From Azolla caroliniana (taxonomy: Eukaryota; Plantae; Polypodiophyta), in NCBI GenBank assembly GCA_043228905.1, contig JBHGNT010000002.1:21762001-21826000 (forward strand): a stretch of DNA of 64,000 nt. Direction: 5' to 3'. Below are positions 20,237-34,057 of the stretch, in pieces. The notes beneath the pieces are model-generated. The model was not told the DNA's origin. It did not search any database and saw nothing but the letters and a program-made list of their open reading frames with translations. Positions within the stretch are counted from its first letter, which is position 1, and each line of letters begins with the position of its first letter. The translations under genes and the position numbers were made by a program.

Positions 20237-23200
20237 TGTTGGTAATGTGGCCCTCTAGTGCGGAACAAATCAACACTCTTCGAGAGGGAAGATCATAAAC
20301 AGATACAAGCAAGGTAGATTGATGGCAACAACAGAATCGATAGAAAATGAGGCGCAACCATAACGCAAGATAGAGAGAGAGACGTTAGGCACAAGATGAA
20401 CTGTATTTTTAACCATCATCAAAACTAGGTTACAAAGTCAATTTATATACTGACTAACTTAGGGCAACTGCCCTTCTCACTATTTACATAAATAGCCTAA
20501 ACCTGGTGTGTACAATGGAAGACAATTTGAATACGTCCATTAGAGACCCGCATTCAACACTCCCCCGTAATGGGCATATACATCGAAATCTATACTAAAT
20601 CGAAATAAATGTACAATACAGATTGATACAAAGTTTTCGAGCAAATCGAAATTTCGTTTAAGTCGGTTAACTTCGAAAAACAAAAGGCCGAATTGGTGGA
20701 GGTTGGGGAAACTAAGACTAGGCTTTGAACTGTCTATGATGATTGTTCGTAAAACAACCTGAGTGTTTGACTCAATTGGATTGATTCTTCATTACGCCCA
20801 TTTGGTGCCGAAGGGATCGAAATCGATACGCCGAAAGACACTTGGTCATCTCATCTGAGACATTATCGGATGTAGATATCTTCTCGAGGCCGATTTTCCC
20901 TGAAATGATGCAGTCCCAAACAAAGTGATATCGAATGTCGATGTGCTTCGAGGCGTGGTGCTAGACCGGATTTTTCGACAAAGCAACAACGCCTTGACTA
21001 TCGCTATAGACAACTAGAGTCGAGTCAGATTTGACTTGTGGAAACGTGCATGCTAGCCAACTGAGCCATAAAGCTTCTTTCGTCGGGTTCGACGTGGCTA
21101 CGTATTCGGCCTCTATTGTTGATGTAGTAGTGCATTCCTGAAGTTTCGATTTCCACGAGATCGTTCCATTGTCAAATTTGAAGCAATATCCGGTTGTCAA
21201 TTTTTGACTATCCATGCAACTTGCAAAGTCTGAGTCAGTGTATCCAACCATGCATGAAGTGTCGTTTGGGCCAAATAGAATGCCAAGGTCTTTTGTGCCC
21301 ACCAGATATCTGAACACATGCTTGACTGCGTTCCAGTGCAATCGGCCTGGATTTTGCATGAATCTGTTGACGACTCCGACGACGTGAGGAATGGCATGCC
21401 GTGTCGCGTACATCAAGGAGCCAAGTGTTGGTGCATACGGTACCAACTTCATAATTTCCCCCTTTGAACTAGATGTCGGGCAATCTCGCTGAGACAGTCG
21501 AAGGCTAATGGGGAGCGGGATTGAAGCAGATTTTGTCGATTGCATGTTGAAGCCTTCGAGGACATGTCTAATATGGTCGGATTGGGACAAAAACAATTGT
21601 CTTCGATTTCGATTCCGATTAAGCTTCATGCCGAGAATGTGTCATACAGGACCGAGGTCCTTTGTGGCAAACTTCAACCACAGTTGCCGAACGAGTTTGG
21701 CAAGCTCTCCGGCTTGCCGACCGGAGATTAGCATGTCGTCCACGTAGATGTTGAGGAAGATGGGTCACCCATCTTGAGTCGTTTTCGTGAAGAGACAGTG
21801 GTCCTCATCACTCTTCGAGAAGCTGCCCGACAGTCATTTCAGGCCATATGGACTCTTCCAGCGTCAGCAGACTAGATGTTCCTGGCCGGGTGCCATGAAG
21901 CCTTACGATTGCTCCATATAAATTTCCTCCTCTAGATCACCATGGAAGAATGTCGTTTTGACATCTAGCTGAATCAGCTCCAAGTCCTTGGTTGCCATGA
22001 TGCCAAGCATGAATCTAAGGGTTGTCACTTTCACCAGTGGTGAAAATATTTCGTCAAAATCGATGCCATATTCGTGTCGAAAACCCTTGGCTACTAGTTT
22101 GGCCTTGAATTTTGGGGTGGCCGAATCAAACTTCTCATTGACTTGATAGGCCCACTTCCACAGAAGAGCATGTCGATTCTTCGGGAGCTCGACCAAGTCC
22201 TAAGTTTGGTTTGCTCGAATGGACTTCATCTTGGACTCCATTGCCAGATGTCAGGTGGCCGAATCGATAGATGTTGATGCTTCTTCGTATGATGTCGGTT
22301 CTCCGGCGTCCGTAAAGAAGATACCCGGAGAGTATCTCTCTAGGGGTTGTGACAGTCATTCGGATTCTCGAGGTATGACTAGACTGGTCGTTTCGGGTAT
22401 GAATGTCGGATGGTCTGGAACCGAGTTGTTCGGTTGTGCCCAGTCAGACGCTGCCGAGTCAATACTAGAGGTTTCGGCCGTCGTGAAGGATTGGCACATC
22501 CGAGAAAATTACCCTTCAGACTTCGATCGGCTTTTCAGCCGATTGATGCATGGGTGACTCATTGAACACTACATCCTAACTTCGGACAATATGTCTGTGC
22601 TCGGGGTCCCATAGTCGGTATTCGATTTCGCCATCTAGTGCATAACCGAGGAAAATACATTTCCTGGACCTTGGTGCAAGTTTGTGGCGATCATCTTTCG
22701 GTATGAGGGCGTATGCCTCGCACCCAAAGATCCTCAGCTTGTCATAATTCGGTTTGCTACCAGTCCATAATTCCTAAGATATCTTAAGTCCTAGAGGCCT
22801 ACTCGGTGACATATTGATAATGTGTATTGACGTAAGTAGGGCCTCCTCCCAGAACCCATCTGATAGTCCGAAGTGTTGGAGCATGGAAACTATCCTTTCT
22901 TGAATTGTCTGATTCATCCTCTCGGCAATTCCATTCTACACCAGACTATAGGGTGTCGTATATCCACGTCGTATGCCGTGTTGTTAGCAAAATCTGACGA
23001 TTTCTTCATATTTGAACTCTCCCCCGTTGTCGGTCCAAAAGCATTTTTCGGCTGGACTAATTCTCGACCATAGCGAGCCAATTGGAAAAGATAGAGAACA
23101 CTAGATCTTTGGTTTTGATCAGATAAGCCCACACCTTCTTAGTCGAGTCGTCAATAAAGCTGACGAAGTACAGAGCACCGCCGAGAGACTCATGTGGCAT

Positions 23201-24061
23201 AGGGTCACAGACGTCCGAGTGGACCAAATCGAGTGGATTCAATTCTCTTGGTGCTAATGTCGAATGTGATGCAGCTATCTGTTTGTCGTATTGGCAATGC
23301 TCGCAGAACAGATGATCAGGGAAGGAGAGTTTAGGGATGTATTCGGCCCTAGATAAATGCGTGATGCGGACCTTGCTGAGGTGTCTGAGTCGTCCGTGCC
23401 ATAGTGATGACACGGGAATGTCAACCAAGAACAAGTCACCCTCTCTGAGTGTGACGTATAGCGGGTACAACGAGTGTACTTTCGGTCCTCGAGCAAGCAG
23501 GAGGTTCCCCCTGTGGAGTGTCCACCCTCCTTATGAGAAGCCGGCACGGATGCCATCTTCGTCCAATTGTCCGACTGAGATAAAGGTCTTGAGAGCTCAG
23601 GTACATGTCGGACATTATGTAGTACCAATGTAGAGCCACCCGGAAGGTTGAGCTCTATTGTGCCGATTCCGGTAATTGCACAATGTTGTGAATTTCCGAC
23701 TCGAACTAAGTCAGAATGTCGGGCTAAGTATTGCCGAAATCGAGATCGATGAGGGGTCACATCAAAGGACGCACCTGAATCCAAGAGCCATGTGCTTGAT
23801 TCCTCCATTGTAAGCGGAACATCTAATTCGACTGGGTTTTCAATGGATAGAATGTTCGGGTCGTTCGACAATACTTCGGTTGAAGAGCCGACGTAGTTGA
23901 CCTCCTCATGCTAGCCACTCTTCTGATCAGCTCGTTGAGCCTTATCTCTTTTTGCCTTGAGTGCACGACGATCGTCTTTGATGTGTCTGAATTTCTTGCA
24001 ATAATTGCAGACTCGATTATCCTAGGACTTGCTCCGACTTCATTGGTTGTTTGGTTGTCGT
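20237..24061 (-). mobile_element. Element D, 3' half: degenerate Ty1/copia (gag zinc knuckle, protease, integrase, RT, RNase H, 3' LTR 20237-20559)
   Basis: CNYCKK..H, WLLDSGAS, LWHGRL.H..CEHC, VHSDV, FKAKLVAKGF, QLDVKT, YVDD, GYTDSD and KHIDIRYHF motifs; PPT GGGGGAG at 20560-20566. Confidence 0.92.
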
Positions 24062-27000
24062 TGTCGTGAAGATCCGTCACTAGGCGCAGATCGTGAGGCG
24101 GAACCGCCGGGGTTCTCGACCGGAAGGATTCTAAGTCGGTACAAGCTTTAGTGAGGAAGTATTTAAGATAGATTGGGAAAGAGAGAAATTGAGATTAAAC
24201 GCTTGACTTTAGATTGAGAGAGATTGATTGAACTTTTATCTTTAGTTTTAAGAAACAAGTTACACGATCAATTCGATAACGAATTTTCTTCTTCTTAATT
24301 TCATAACCAAAAGAGCCTAACCCTTCTTCTTTTTCATCCCTTCTTTTTATAGATGCTCTCATGCATATGATGCATGTGAGGGTACAAGACATGCATAAAA
24401 TGCATGTTTGCCATTTGGCGCTCATGTATTACATGTGGTGCATGATAACCATGTCACTCATTTTAGCTCTCATGTATGAGAATTTATATGTAAAAGTACA
24501 ATGATAGAAATATAAATTTAATTAAATGTCATGGCTTAGTGGTAAGCCTATTGACTCTTAATTAGGAGGTGCAAGGTTCGAATCCTCACTTGCCTTCCTT
24601 GTATACATATATTTATTTATTTATTTATATATCTATCTGGTTGCCGAATGCCGGATGCCGTCGATCACCGTCGGTCGCCAAATTCCGGTTCCGTCATCGG
24701 TCGCTGGATCCCGGTTCCGTCGCCGGATGTCGATTACCATTCGGTCACTGGATCCCGGTTCTGTTGTCGAATGTCGGTTACGTTGTCGGTCCAGTTTTGG
24801 TTGGGCAAAACCTTTGCAAGTAGCCAGGCCACACCCATTCATCCAATAGCTTAGTTCAAGTCACCTTGAACTCTCTATGCTCCACACATAGACACAAAGA
24901 TAATAGCTTTTGTTCTACCTTATATATGGTGAGATCCTTATTTCCTGTCTATGTGGGATATCTCACAGTTTTATTTTTCTCTTCTTCTTTTTCATACTTC
25001 ACTCCCACATAACTTGTCACTTAGATGTCTGTTTTTTATGTGGTAAAGCACATTTGAAAGCTCTTGAAGACCTCCATCTTTTTGTACTAAGATATTAAAC
25101 TTACTTAGAATTAGTATATTCACTATTATTGTTTTATATGATTAACACTTGATTTCGTACGTCTTATGTGATTTTCACACCATTGCCGAAAATCTTCACG
25201 ACATCCACCCCCACCAAACCGCACGTCCTCCAGTACGTGCCAAGAAGAGAGAAAGTGAGATTTTGGCTAAAGTGATAAATCAGATTCCTCCATGTCTTCA
25301 TTTACATCCGCCCTATTATGTGCATCGTCGAGGTGATCGAGGTCAAGAACCTCGTCTTGTCTTTTCTTGAAAATCTTTACTCTTTTTCCCGCAATGGGTA
25401 CGGCCAACCTTGATCCGTCTAGCTCCGCAAGGTGGTATGTGGCATTATCGCTGGCACTTGTCACCAAATATGGCCCGAACCATCTTCTTGCAAACTTTCT
25501 TGTTGTACTGTGTTGATTGTCTAGGTTGCTGTCGTAAACCAAAACCCAATCTCCTTCTTCAATCTTCTTGGGACGAAGTCGATGCGTGTTGTCGCACCGA
25601 ACTTTGTTCTTTACTCGGGCTGCCTCCATCATCTTTCGCGCTTTTCCTAGATCTTCAGGTCTTCTTTCAAGTTGCCTTATCCGTGCCGCTAATAACTCTT
25701 CTTGGCTCATCTCGTTCTCCCACGGTATCGCTACCCATGAGGCGATCATCCTTTCGATGGGCATTACCGGCTTTTGTCCATACATAAGCTCCATCGGCAT
25801 ATACCCCTGTCACCGAGTTGTGTGTCATTCTGTCAACCCACAAGGTATAGGGTAATAATCGTGGCCAATTCCCGACTCAGCTGTTGCATGCCCGTACGAT
25901 GGCTTTGACGATAGGTCCATGCCCTCGCTCGATCTTCCCATTCGCTTCCGGATTGTAGGCAATCGTGAGGGAGAGCTTCACGCCTAGTCCTTCGAAGAGC
26001 TCCGTCGCTTCGTGTGCATCCAACTCCCCTCGGTCAGCCACTATCTTCCCCACACATCCGTATCGGCAAACAACCTCTTCAAGTAGAAATTTGCAAACGG
26101 CTGAAGTCGTCTTATTTGTCAAGGCTCGTCTTTCCACTTAATTTGTCAAGTCTTCCCTTGCCAGCACTAAGTACTTCATTTGTCCCACTCCCATTGCCAT
26201 CGAAACCAGATCCACCATCCATTTGAAGTGTATGGAGAGTGGGTATGTTAGTCGTAACCCATCACGATGACGTATATTTGAATGTATTTGGCAAGTTTCG
26301 CATGTGGACACGAAATGGAGTACATCTTTGTGCATGCTTGGCCACCAGTACTTCTCCTTCAACTTTTCGAACGCCGCCCATGTTCCTCTATGACCTGCCC
26401 AAGCACTCTCGTGGAATTCGGTCATCAACGTCTCTTGCTCTTCTTTCTTCACACCACTCGACGTGGTATTCCTGTCCTTCTTTTTGGATGTCGCCAAAGG
26501 AATCCTCCCTTCAAGAAGTATCGGTAAGCTTTCTTCCGGATTCGTAGGGCCTCCTCCTTTGTCAACGAAGCATCTACCGTCAATGTTCTTAGGAATCTAC
26601 TGATCAATAACCACTCTCCTTCGTACTCGTACTCGTTCTCGTTGAAAGCGTGGAGGGTTTGTGTGTCCTGGTCTTCCGCCGATAATCGAGCCATCTTGAA
26701 GAAGTCGAGGGCGACATCTTCATCTTCTAAAACCATTTCGCTTCCATTTTCAAATCTTGCCCTCGACAGTATGTCAACCATGGCGTTCTTCTTCCCTACA
26801 ATGTGATGGATCTCTGGGTTTAAAGACTTGATGTAGGCGATCCACCTTAGCATAGCAAGATCTGGGGTCGCACATCCCGAGACCATTCTGAGAATTGGGA
26901 GACAATCTGTCTCTATTATCACTTCCGACCCGATCAGGTAATCTTTGTCCATCTTCACTGCCGACACAATACCCCAAAGTTCCCGCTTGACTTGGGCATA

Positions 27001-30000
27001 TCTTTGTTGCCGTTCGCAGAGAATCTTTGCTTGAACCGAACGACATATCGCGCATTATCTTCTCCTTCTTGATTGATGACCCACCTGATTCCGCTTGGGC
27101 TCGTATCTACGGTCACGTAAATCAGCTTCCCTTCGGCATAGTCGGCCTTCCTTAGTGTCAGAGCTTCAAGAAGCAGTTTCTTCAATCTTCGCATCACATT
27201 TGTGTGCTCGTCTCGCCATTCGAACTTCATTCTTTTCTTTAGTAGTCCATATAACGATTCAGCAACATGAGCGTAGTGCGGAATCCAGATATGATAAAAT
27301 GCGCATGCTCCAAGGAACCTTATAACCTCCGTTTGGTTTTCGCATTCTTCTTTCATGTCTTGGATCACGTTCACATTGTATGGCGAAGGCTTCCGACCGT
27401 ATGCCCCACACAAGTGACCTACCACCAAGATCTCCAGTTGCCCAAATGTGGATTTTTCTCCCAAAATGTCAAATTCGCATCTTCGAGCCTTTGAAGCACC
27501 TTCTCGCAATCTTTCATATGATCTGCAACGAACTTTCTACAACATTCCTTATCTTTCGATTCATCTTTCTCCTCATCCGAACATCCTTTTATCGGAATAT
27601 CATCCAAGAATGGCATCGTGATGTCCGGGATGCAATCCTTCAAGACTTTATTCATGGCATTCACCATATGAGCCACCGAGTTCGTTGTGCCTTGGGGTAA
27701 GGTACACATCCGCACAAGCCCGATCGGAGTCCTTGTGGTTGTAATGTCCCGACTGTCGATCGCCAATTGGAATTGGTCATATCTAGAGTAGAGATCGCCA
27801 ATGGAGTAGATGGATCGGCCCGCAAACGCTTCAGCAAATTCTTCCATGCTCGGACCGATTCCGGCATTTCGAATTGTACCTTCTAGAATTCCCATACTCA
27901 CCTTCTCCTTTAAGAGCTCGATCAGCTTTGGAAGGTGTGCTCTCAGAACTGGTATCGGTTTCAAATTCCAAGGCACATGAGGCACCGTGAAGATCACCAT
28001 CGGCTCTATAACCTTTGGGTCGGCACATCCGATTTCTCGTGGGAAGAATGTGAAAGCCTTCATATGTCTCTCAAGCATATCATGAAACATTCGCTCCTCT
28101 TCACGGAGAAGGAAATCCCCCTTTCCAACTTGTAGCTTCCCCTTCATCTCTTTGGTGAAGACATGACCTATCGTCTTCGAATCTCTTAAGCTTGGATCGT
28201 TAGCGACTTCCTTCATCTTTTGCCAGCTATCTTCCGGTAGCCGAACCGCAATTGGCTTGACCTTCTTATCCACCATTTTATATTTCGTGTTGATGTCAGC
28301 TTCCTTCATCAAGATGCCACGACGGTATTCATCGATGATAGCATACATGTTGACAGAGTTAACCAAAATCACGTAATGATCCTGAAGATAGCTCAAGTCC
28401 ACGACTTCCTCGATTTCGGCGATGGTGTCGTTAAATGAGGCTTCTTCCATAATATGAGTCACGAACTCTCCTTCTTCTATTATGTTTTCTTCTTTCAGCA
28501 TCTTCTCGAATTCTTGTATCCGACGCTTGTCCTTCTTGTCAGGTGGTACTAGTTTACATGCGCCACTAGGTGTGACACATGTTGCTTCTCCTCGCAATCC
28601 ACGCACTCTTCTTTCTTGTGGGGTCTTGTGATTGCTCAGACTATTTGTGCCCCATGCTTCAATAGTCCGCTCTAAAAATCCAAGGATTTGCCTCCGAGAC
28701 TATCTCGATTTCTTTCATGATTGGCTCGCACCATTAGGAATTGGACCGATCTTTGGTTGTCAAGACTCTTTATTCGTGCGAAGGCTGCTCCATTATCGAA
28801 CACTTTGGTCTCCATCCGAGATGATGTGATATATGGTTGTCCTAGGATGACAAGATGCGACGCCGATTCTTGCATGAAGAAGTGTTGATCCATCTCCACA
28901 TCCCAGATCGTGACTTTGACATTGGGACAAGCTCCGTACAAGTCCTCCATAGACTTTGTTGCCGCGTGAATCTTCCATCCGTGGTTTGTATTGATTGGCC
29001 ATCTTCCTTTTTTGTAGAAGTCGGTTGACATGAGGTTGATCTCCGAGCCGTGGTCGATCAAGGCTACCATGGTCTCGTTCTTCTCCCCGATCTTCACCGG
29101 CGTCTCCGTTGTCGCTCGTGCCCAATGAGGTCAAGTATAGTGGTTGTCCACCATTTCTTCATCAACTTCATCCCTCGCCATTGTTATGGGATTTGTTTTT
29201 GCTTTTAGCAGCCTTTCTTCTTCCTCATCCGATTGTTGTCTTTTTCTCTTTACAAGGTCCACGATCGTGTCATCGAACTCCTTCTTCGTAATGCCAAGCA
29301 ATTCCCTCAAGGACAAAGTCGCGTGGCTATCAAGAACTCGTTCTTCGAGAATCTTCTTTAGGTCCGTCATCTACTCTATGTCCGACCTTAGCTTATAGAT
29401 AGACATAGTCCTTGTCCTCCTAGCGGGGTCTTCGACACCAACCTTCACGGGTCGAACCGTTTCTTCAACTCGTATGTTCGGCTCCCCTTTTCAGCTTGAT
29501 TCTCATTCCTCCATTTGTAAAGGTCGACTCATCTCCGCAACATCCTTCTTTTTCACGTTCCTTGTTTCATGTCTTTTTGATGGGCCTTGCTCTTCTATTC
29601 TTTTTCTCTTTTCTTCGATGAACACCTCATGGTTGTCGCACATCACCTCCGCGAGTATGGTGTTGTCATCCACCGGATCCGACCATCCGGTTATACTTTC
29701 TACACTTCAATCCGCAAGCTCTACTTCGTTCGAAGTGACTTTTCCCTTCTTCTCATATTCGAGAACGGAAGTCCAAAACTTTGCTCCCGCTCTAGCAACT
29801 TCAGTCTTGTCTTTACCGACTCTTATTCCGGCCGACGCAGCATAGTGCATCGCATCCACATGAGTCGCATCGGCATCCTCCATAGCTTTCTTCATTCCTC
29901 CTCTTCCGAAATTCACCCGTAGGGGTCTCGCTCGAGCAGATCATGTTGTCATCTATGTACACGATATTTTGTCGAATGGCGTCTCGAAGGCTCGAACAAT

Positions 30001-30478
30001 CTCTTCTCATGTGGTCCATGCCATCGCACCACACGCATCTAAAGGGTTCTTTTCCTTTGGGCCCCCGATGATTCATGTTGGCTAGCGTAACCGTCTCAAA
30101 CTTCTTCGCCAGTTCTTCAATGATCTTGTCATCAATCTTCTTTTCTTCCGGGCTGCTTTGTTTGGGCGGCTCAGCTACTTTCAGTTGTCTAGTTTTCTCC
30201 GCAACAGTCGATCCCGCCAAGTCGGTGTCATCAACCCACTAACGACGCTTGTCGAGCCTATTGCATGCTTGCTTCACAGCAACCCAGTCCACCACAAGCC
30301 CATTTGCTTGGGTATCGTCTTCGAGAAGAGTCCCCAATTCTCGTCTATCCTTCATGTCCATAGCTTTCAAAAAGTACAAAGTCTTGTCCTCTTCAAGCAG
30401 CACTTGGTCCGTGTTGGGGAGACGACTAAACATCTGCTCGAATTCGTCGTACACCCTCGAGGCGCTCGCATTTCTAGA
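24062..30478 (-). mobile_element. Element C, 3' half: degenerate Ty3/gypsy related to B (gag C-terminus, protease, RT, RNase H, integrase, 3' LTR 24062-25203)
   Basis: CVWCDGMDH..RDC knuckle, ALIDHGSEIN, FLDDIPIKG, YNPEANGKIER; LTR has 12-bp terminal inverted repeat TGTCGTGAAGAT. Confidence 0.92.
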
Positions 30479-31433
30479 GGTTCCGAACATGAAAGACATC
30501 TAAAACAAGGGTTTTTTTGGTTTAGGGTGAAACACATGACACCTAAAATGCCGTTAGAAACCCTCGCATTCTAGTCACTGTCCAATCATTACAAACAAAT
30601 GATTCCAAGAAAATTGAATGGAGACTATATTACATAAACGTGTCACTCTGTTAAACTCGAAGTTGCACAACTTATACTTTATGTCTAAAGTCATACTATC
30701 TAAGATTCCAAGAGAGTCTGAGATCGTAAAGTTCCTCTAACTATACTTTTTTTCTCAAGTCACACTATTATCGAAGATTCTTAAGGTATCAAATTTCAAC
30801 AACTATGATCAAGTCACACTACTATCGAAGATTCCAGGAGTGACAAAGTTCAACAATTAATATGTAACTATATACATTTAGCAATGATTCAAACAATATA
30901 TATACTAGAATCCAAGAGAGGTAAAGGTCAAGAAATGATACAATAAAGAATTCTACATTTTGCTTTCCTATTCAAGGAGTTCCTATTGATTGTTAAACAC
31001 AGTCACATTGCGATTTATGCATTTATCGACCAATTGACTCATACATATATCCATATAAAGCTAAACAACAACATATGTACTTAAGAAATATACATCACAA
31101 CTTAAATTAACATCAAAGTTGACTATATATTCGAACGAAAGAGTTAAAGTATATAAATCATAACTTGCATTAATTAAGTCAATGGGTTCCAAATTCATCA
31201 TGTTCAATTACATTAAGCCATATGCAATCAATCTATCAACAAGTCTAGAATGGCGGGCTCTTCTGGACCAATTGGTTGTTGTAGATCATCCTCATTGGCC
31301 TCTTCAGTACATGCAATTGAATTTAAGATCTGGTCAGACTTTGATATGTCTTCCAAGTCAACAAGATCCCCTGCTTCTTCATTAATTGGCTCCATTGGTT
31401 CTTAGGATGCCAATTGGAATCATTAAGTTTCGT

Positions 31434-33431
31434 TTATATGTTTAGCTCAACTTCTTGGTCTTGATCAAGACAATCCCAGATACCTTGGATCCGCATTTTG
31501 ATGAAGTGGACTTGTTCAGAGTCCTTCTCTAGTGCAACAGAGTTCATGAACATCTTTAGTGCACATGTTGCCGTAGTACATGAAAGCATAAAGCATGTCA
31601 AATTACATTCTCTAACCTTTGTCACAAACCACAATAACATCCATATACTATAATCCAAACATATGTCATTAAACTTATACACTTTACCTGTGCCTGAGAA
31701 CAAATCTAGCACCTAGTCATTTGGGTTGGAGAAGAGCTTGATCAGGTGTTTGATCAATCTTTGTAGTTTTTGGTAAGGGTTAACTACTATTGTCGCAAGA
31801 TATATGGCATAACTTTTTGTCATGGCGGGGCACATGATATAATTGACAACGTTCCTTTCATTCACATGTGCCCGCACCTTCTTCTATGTGATTGAGTCAT
31901 AGTAACCAACAGAAATATGGTCAACCGCACTAACCATTCGTTCGCACAGACTACATGTAATATTCGTTTTGATCTTGTCAAATTCACACATTCAATGTTA
32001 CCATTGTTACATTGTAAAGTTTTTGCAACATATTTTAACAATTTGAATACTATAACTTACCAATGCATGTGTTTGGTAGCATCACAACGCAACTTCAATG
32101 CAGTTGTTATAGATAAATATTGACCCATGATGTGAAAAATCACAATTCACCACTATGGTGCAAGGCTCAACTCTACGAAGTCTTTCACCATTTTTTCTAT
32201 TTGAGGATATTTGAAAGGCACATCATCATTCATAAATCCTATGATATGGAATCAATATGGAATGTCTACAATCAACAATGTGTAGTGCTTTTTAGTAATA
32301 TGCTAAGCGTATTAGGCACTTCCTCGTTGAACACACTATAGTGCAATTGTCGAAAAGGGTCAGTCGTATGCAAAAAACTTTTAATTGTCTTCAAATCCTT
32401 AGACACATTTATATCCTTAGGCACATTTAGCTTCTTCCCTTTCGTCATCCTCTTCTCGTATTTAGCTCTTTCCAAGTACGTGATAAACGAACTTGGAATG
32501 CCTTCATTTGTATCACTTGTTTTCTTCGATCGAGGTGGTTTTTGCAATTATCAACTCTGTTAGGATATTACAACAAAAGCACTTAAAACAACACAATACC
32601 AATACAACCTATCTAAAACTACAATTACACTTACCCATTCTCTAAATACAATAAAGAATTATTCCAAAGCCTTGTACGATGATGTTATTGGGCATGCTTG
32701 TTCAACTTCTTCCCATGTTGGTAGGCATAGCTTCTTCATCATCAACTCTTGAATTTTCATATATACTTTGTGGCTAAAGAAGAAATAGAATATGTTGTCA
32801 GTGATGAAATGTAGAATTAGTCAAACCAAGATGACTTCTAAAAAATACTTACTTTTGGAATTCTATAACCATCTCATATAACGAAAACTCTTTTGCGGCC
32901 ACTCGAGAAAGCACATATATTAACAATCTCTCGTCCTTGATTCCTTGTAGTGACCGCCATGGCAAGAAGTTCATATCTTCAGGTAACTCTTCAATAATCA
33001 AGTCACTCTTCTGTGACTTTGCCTTTGTCTCTACTTGAGGGTCAAATTTGGCCTTTTTTGCCTGTGACCTTTTATTTCTTTACGCTCCCACATTGTAAAG
33101 ATTTTGTCATGTAAATCCTAGAAATCGCCAGTTCAAAATGCCAGTTGAAACCACAAATCATACTTTCTTAAGCCTTCCGATTTCATGCTTTCGTCAACAA
33201 CTATCCCAACTTCAACCAAACATTGTCGACGCAAACCAGGATAGAGCTTGGAACCACATCTTTTCAACGTATCAAGATATTCATAATGAAATAATCTAAT
33301 CCTTTCAATACATGACATATTCTGTCAATAATCGTTGTCATTGTTATGGTTCCAAGCCAACAACTTGGCCTCTTCATGTATAAATCCAACGTAAACTTTG
33401 CATTCAATATACTTGAAGAATGGGGTCAGTG
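31434..33431 (-). pseudogene. 3' piece of the ParB-like plus beta-class DNA amino-methyltransferase gene, intron-containing and inverted
   Basis: PLTPFFKY.ECKVYVG..HEEAKLLAWNHN; YTLLIVDIPY (DIPY at 32255-32266); VNPYQK..RLIKHLIKLFSNPND*VLDLFSGTG, intron, TTATCAL...NSVALEKD. Confidence 0.7.
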
Positions 33432-33612
33432 GATTTTGTTGAATGCAAGTCTCTAATGGACGTATTCACATTGTCTTCCTTTGTACACACCATGTTTAGG
33501 CTATTTATGTAAATAGTGAGAATGGCAGTTGCCCTAAGTTAGTTAGTATATAAACTGACTTTGTAACCTAGTTTTGATGATGGTTAAAAATACAATTCAT
33601 CTTGTGCCTAAC

Positions 33613-33658
<46 letters not shown>

Positions 33659-34057
33659 CGTTCTGGTTGCATCTCGTTTTTTGTCGATTTTGTTGTTGCC
33701 ATCAATCTACCTTGCTTGTATCTGTTTATGATCTTCCCTCTAGAAGAGTGTTGATTTGTTCAACACTAGATGACCATGTTACCAACATCTGGTATCAGAG
33801 CTCGAGGTCCTTTCTATTCTGTTGTTGTCATCTATCTAGTCTCCATCAACAACTCTTCTTCTGTACACCATGAAGATCTTGGTTGGCAACTCTCTACAAG
33901 ATCGTTTTCTCAAAGAGAAACACCAGCAAAATCTTCACTCCACTATTCTAAATCAACATTGAAGTGAGTCAATCGGTTGCACTTCACTCCTATGATTGTA
34001 GCCGTTCGGAGTGAGATTTCACTTCACAAGCTCTGCCTCAACTGTTACGGGCATGAC

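Noticed and set aside
24528-24595. Functional tRNA-Lys gene
   Set aside because: The acceptor stem and D arm do not pair well, and it sits inside an LTR; reported as tRNA-derived only.
31434-33431. Bacterial contamination as the source of the methyltransferase motifs
   Set aside because: The gene has GT-type spliceosomal intron donors, many stops, and a plant copia inserted into it.
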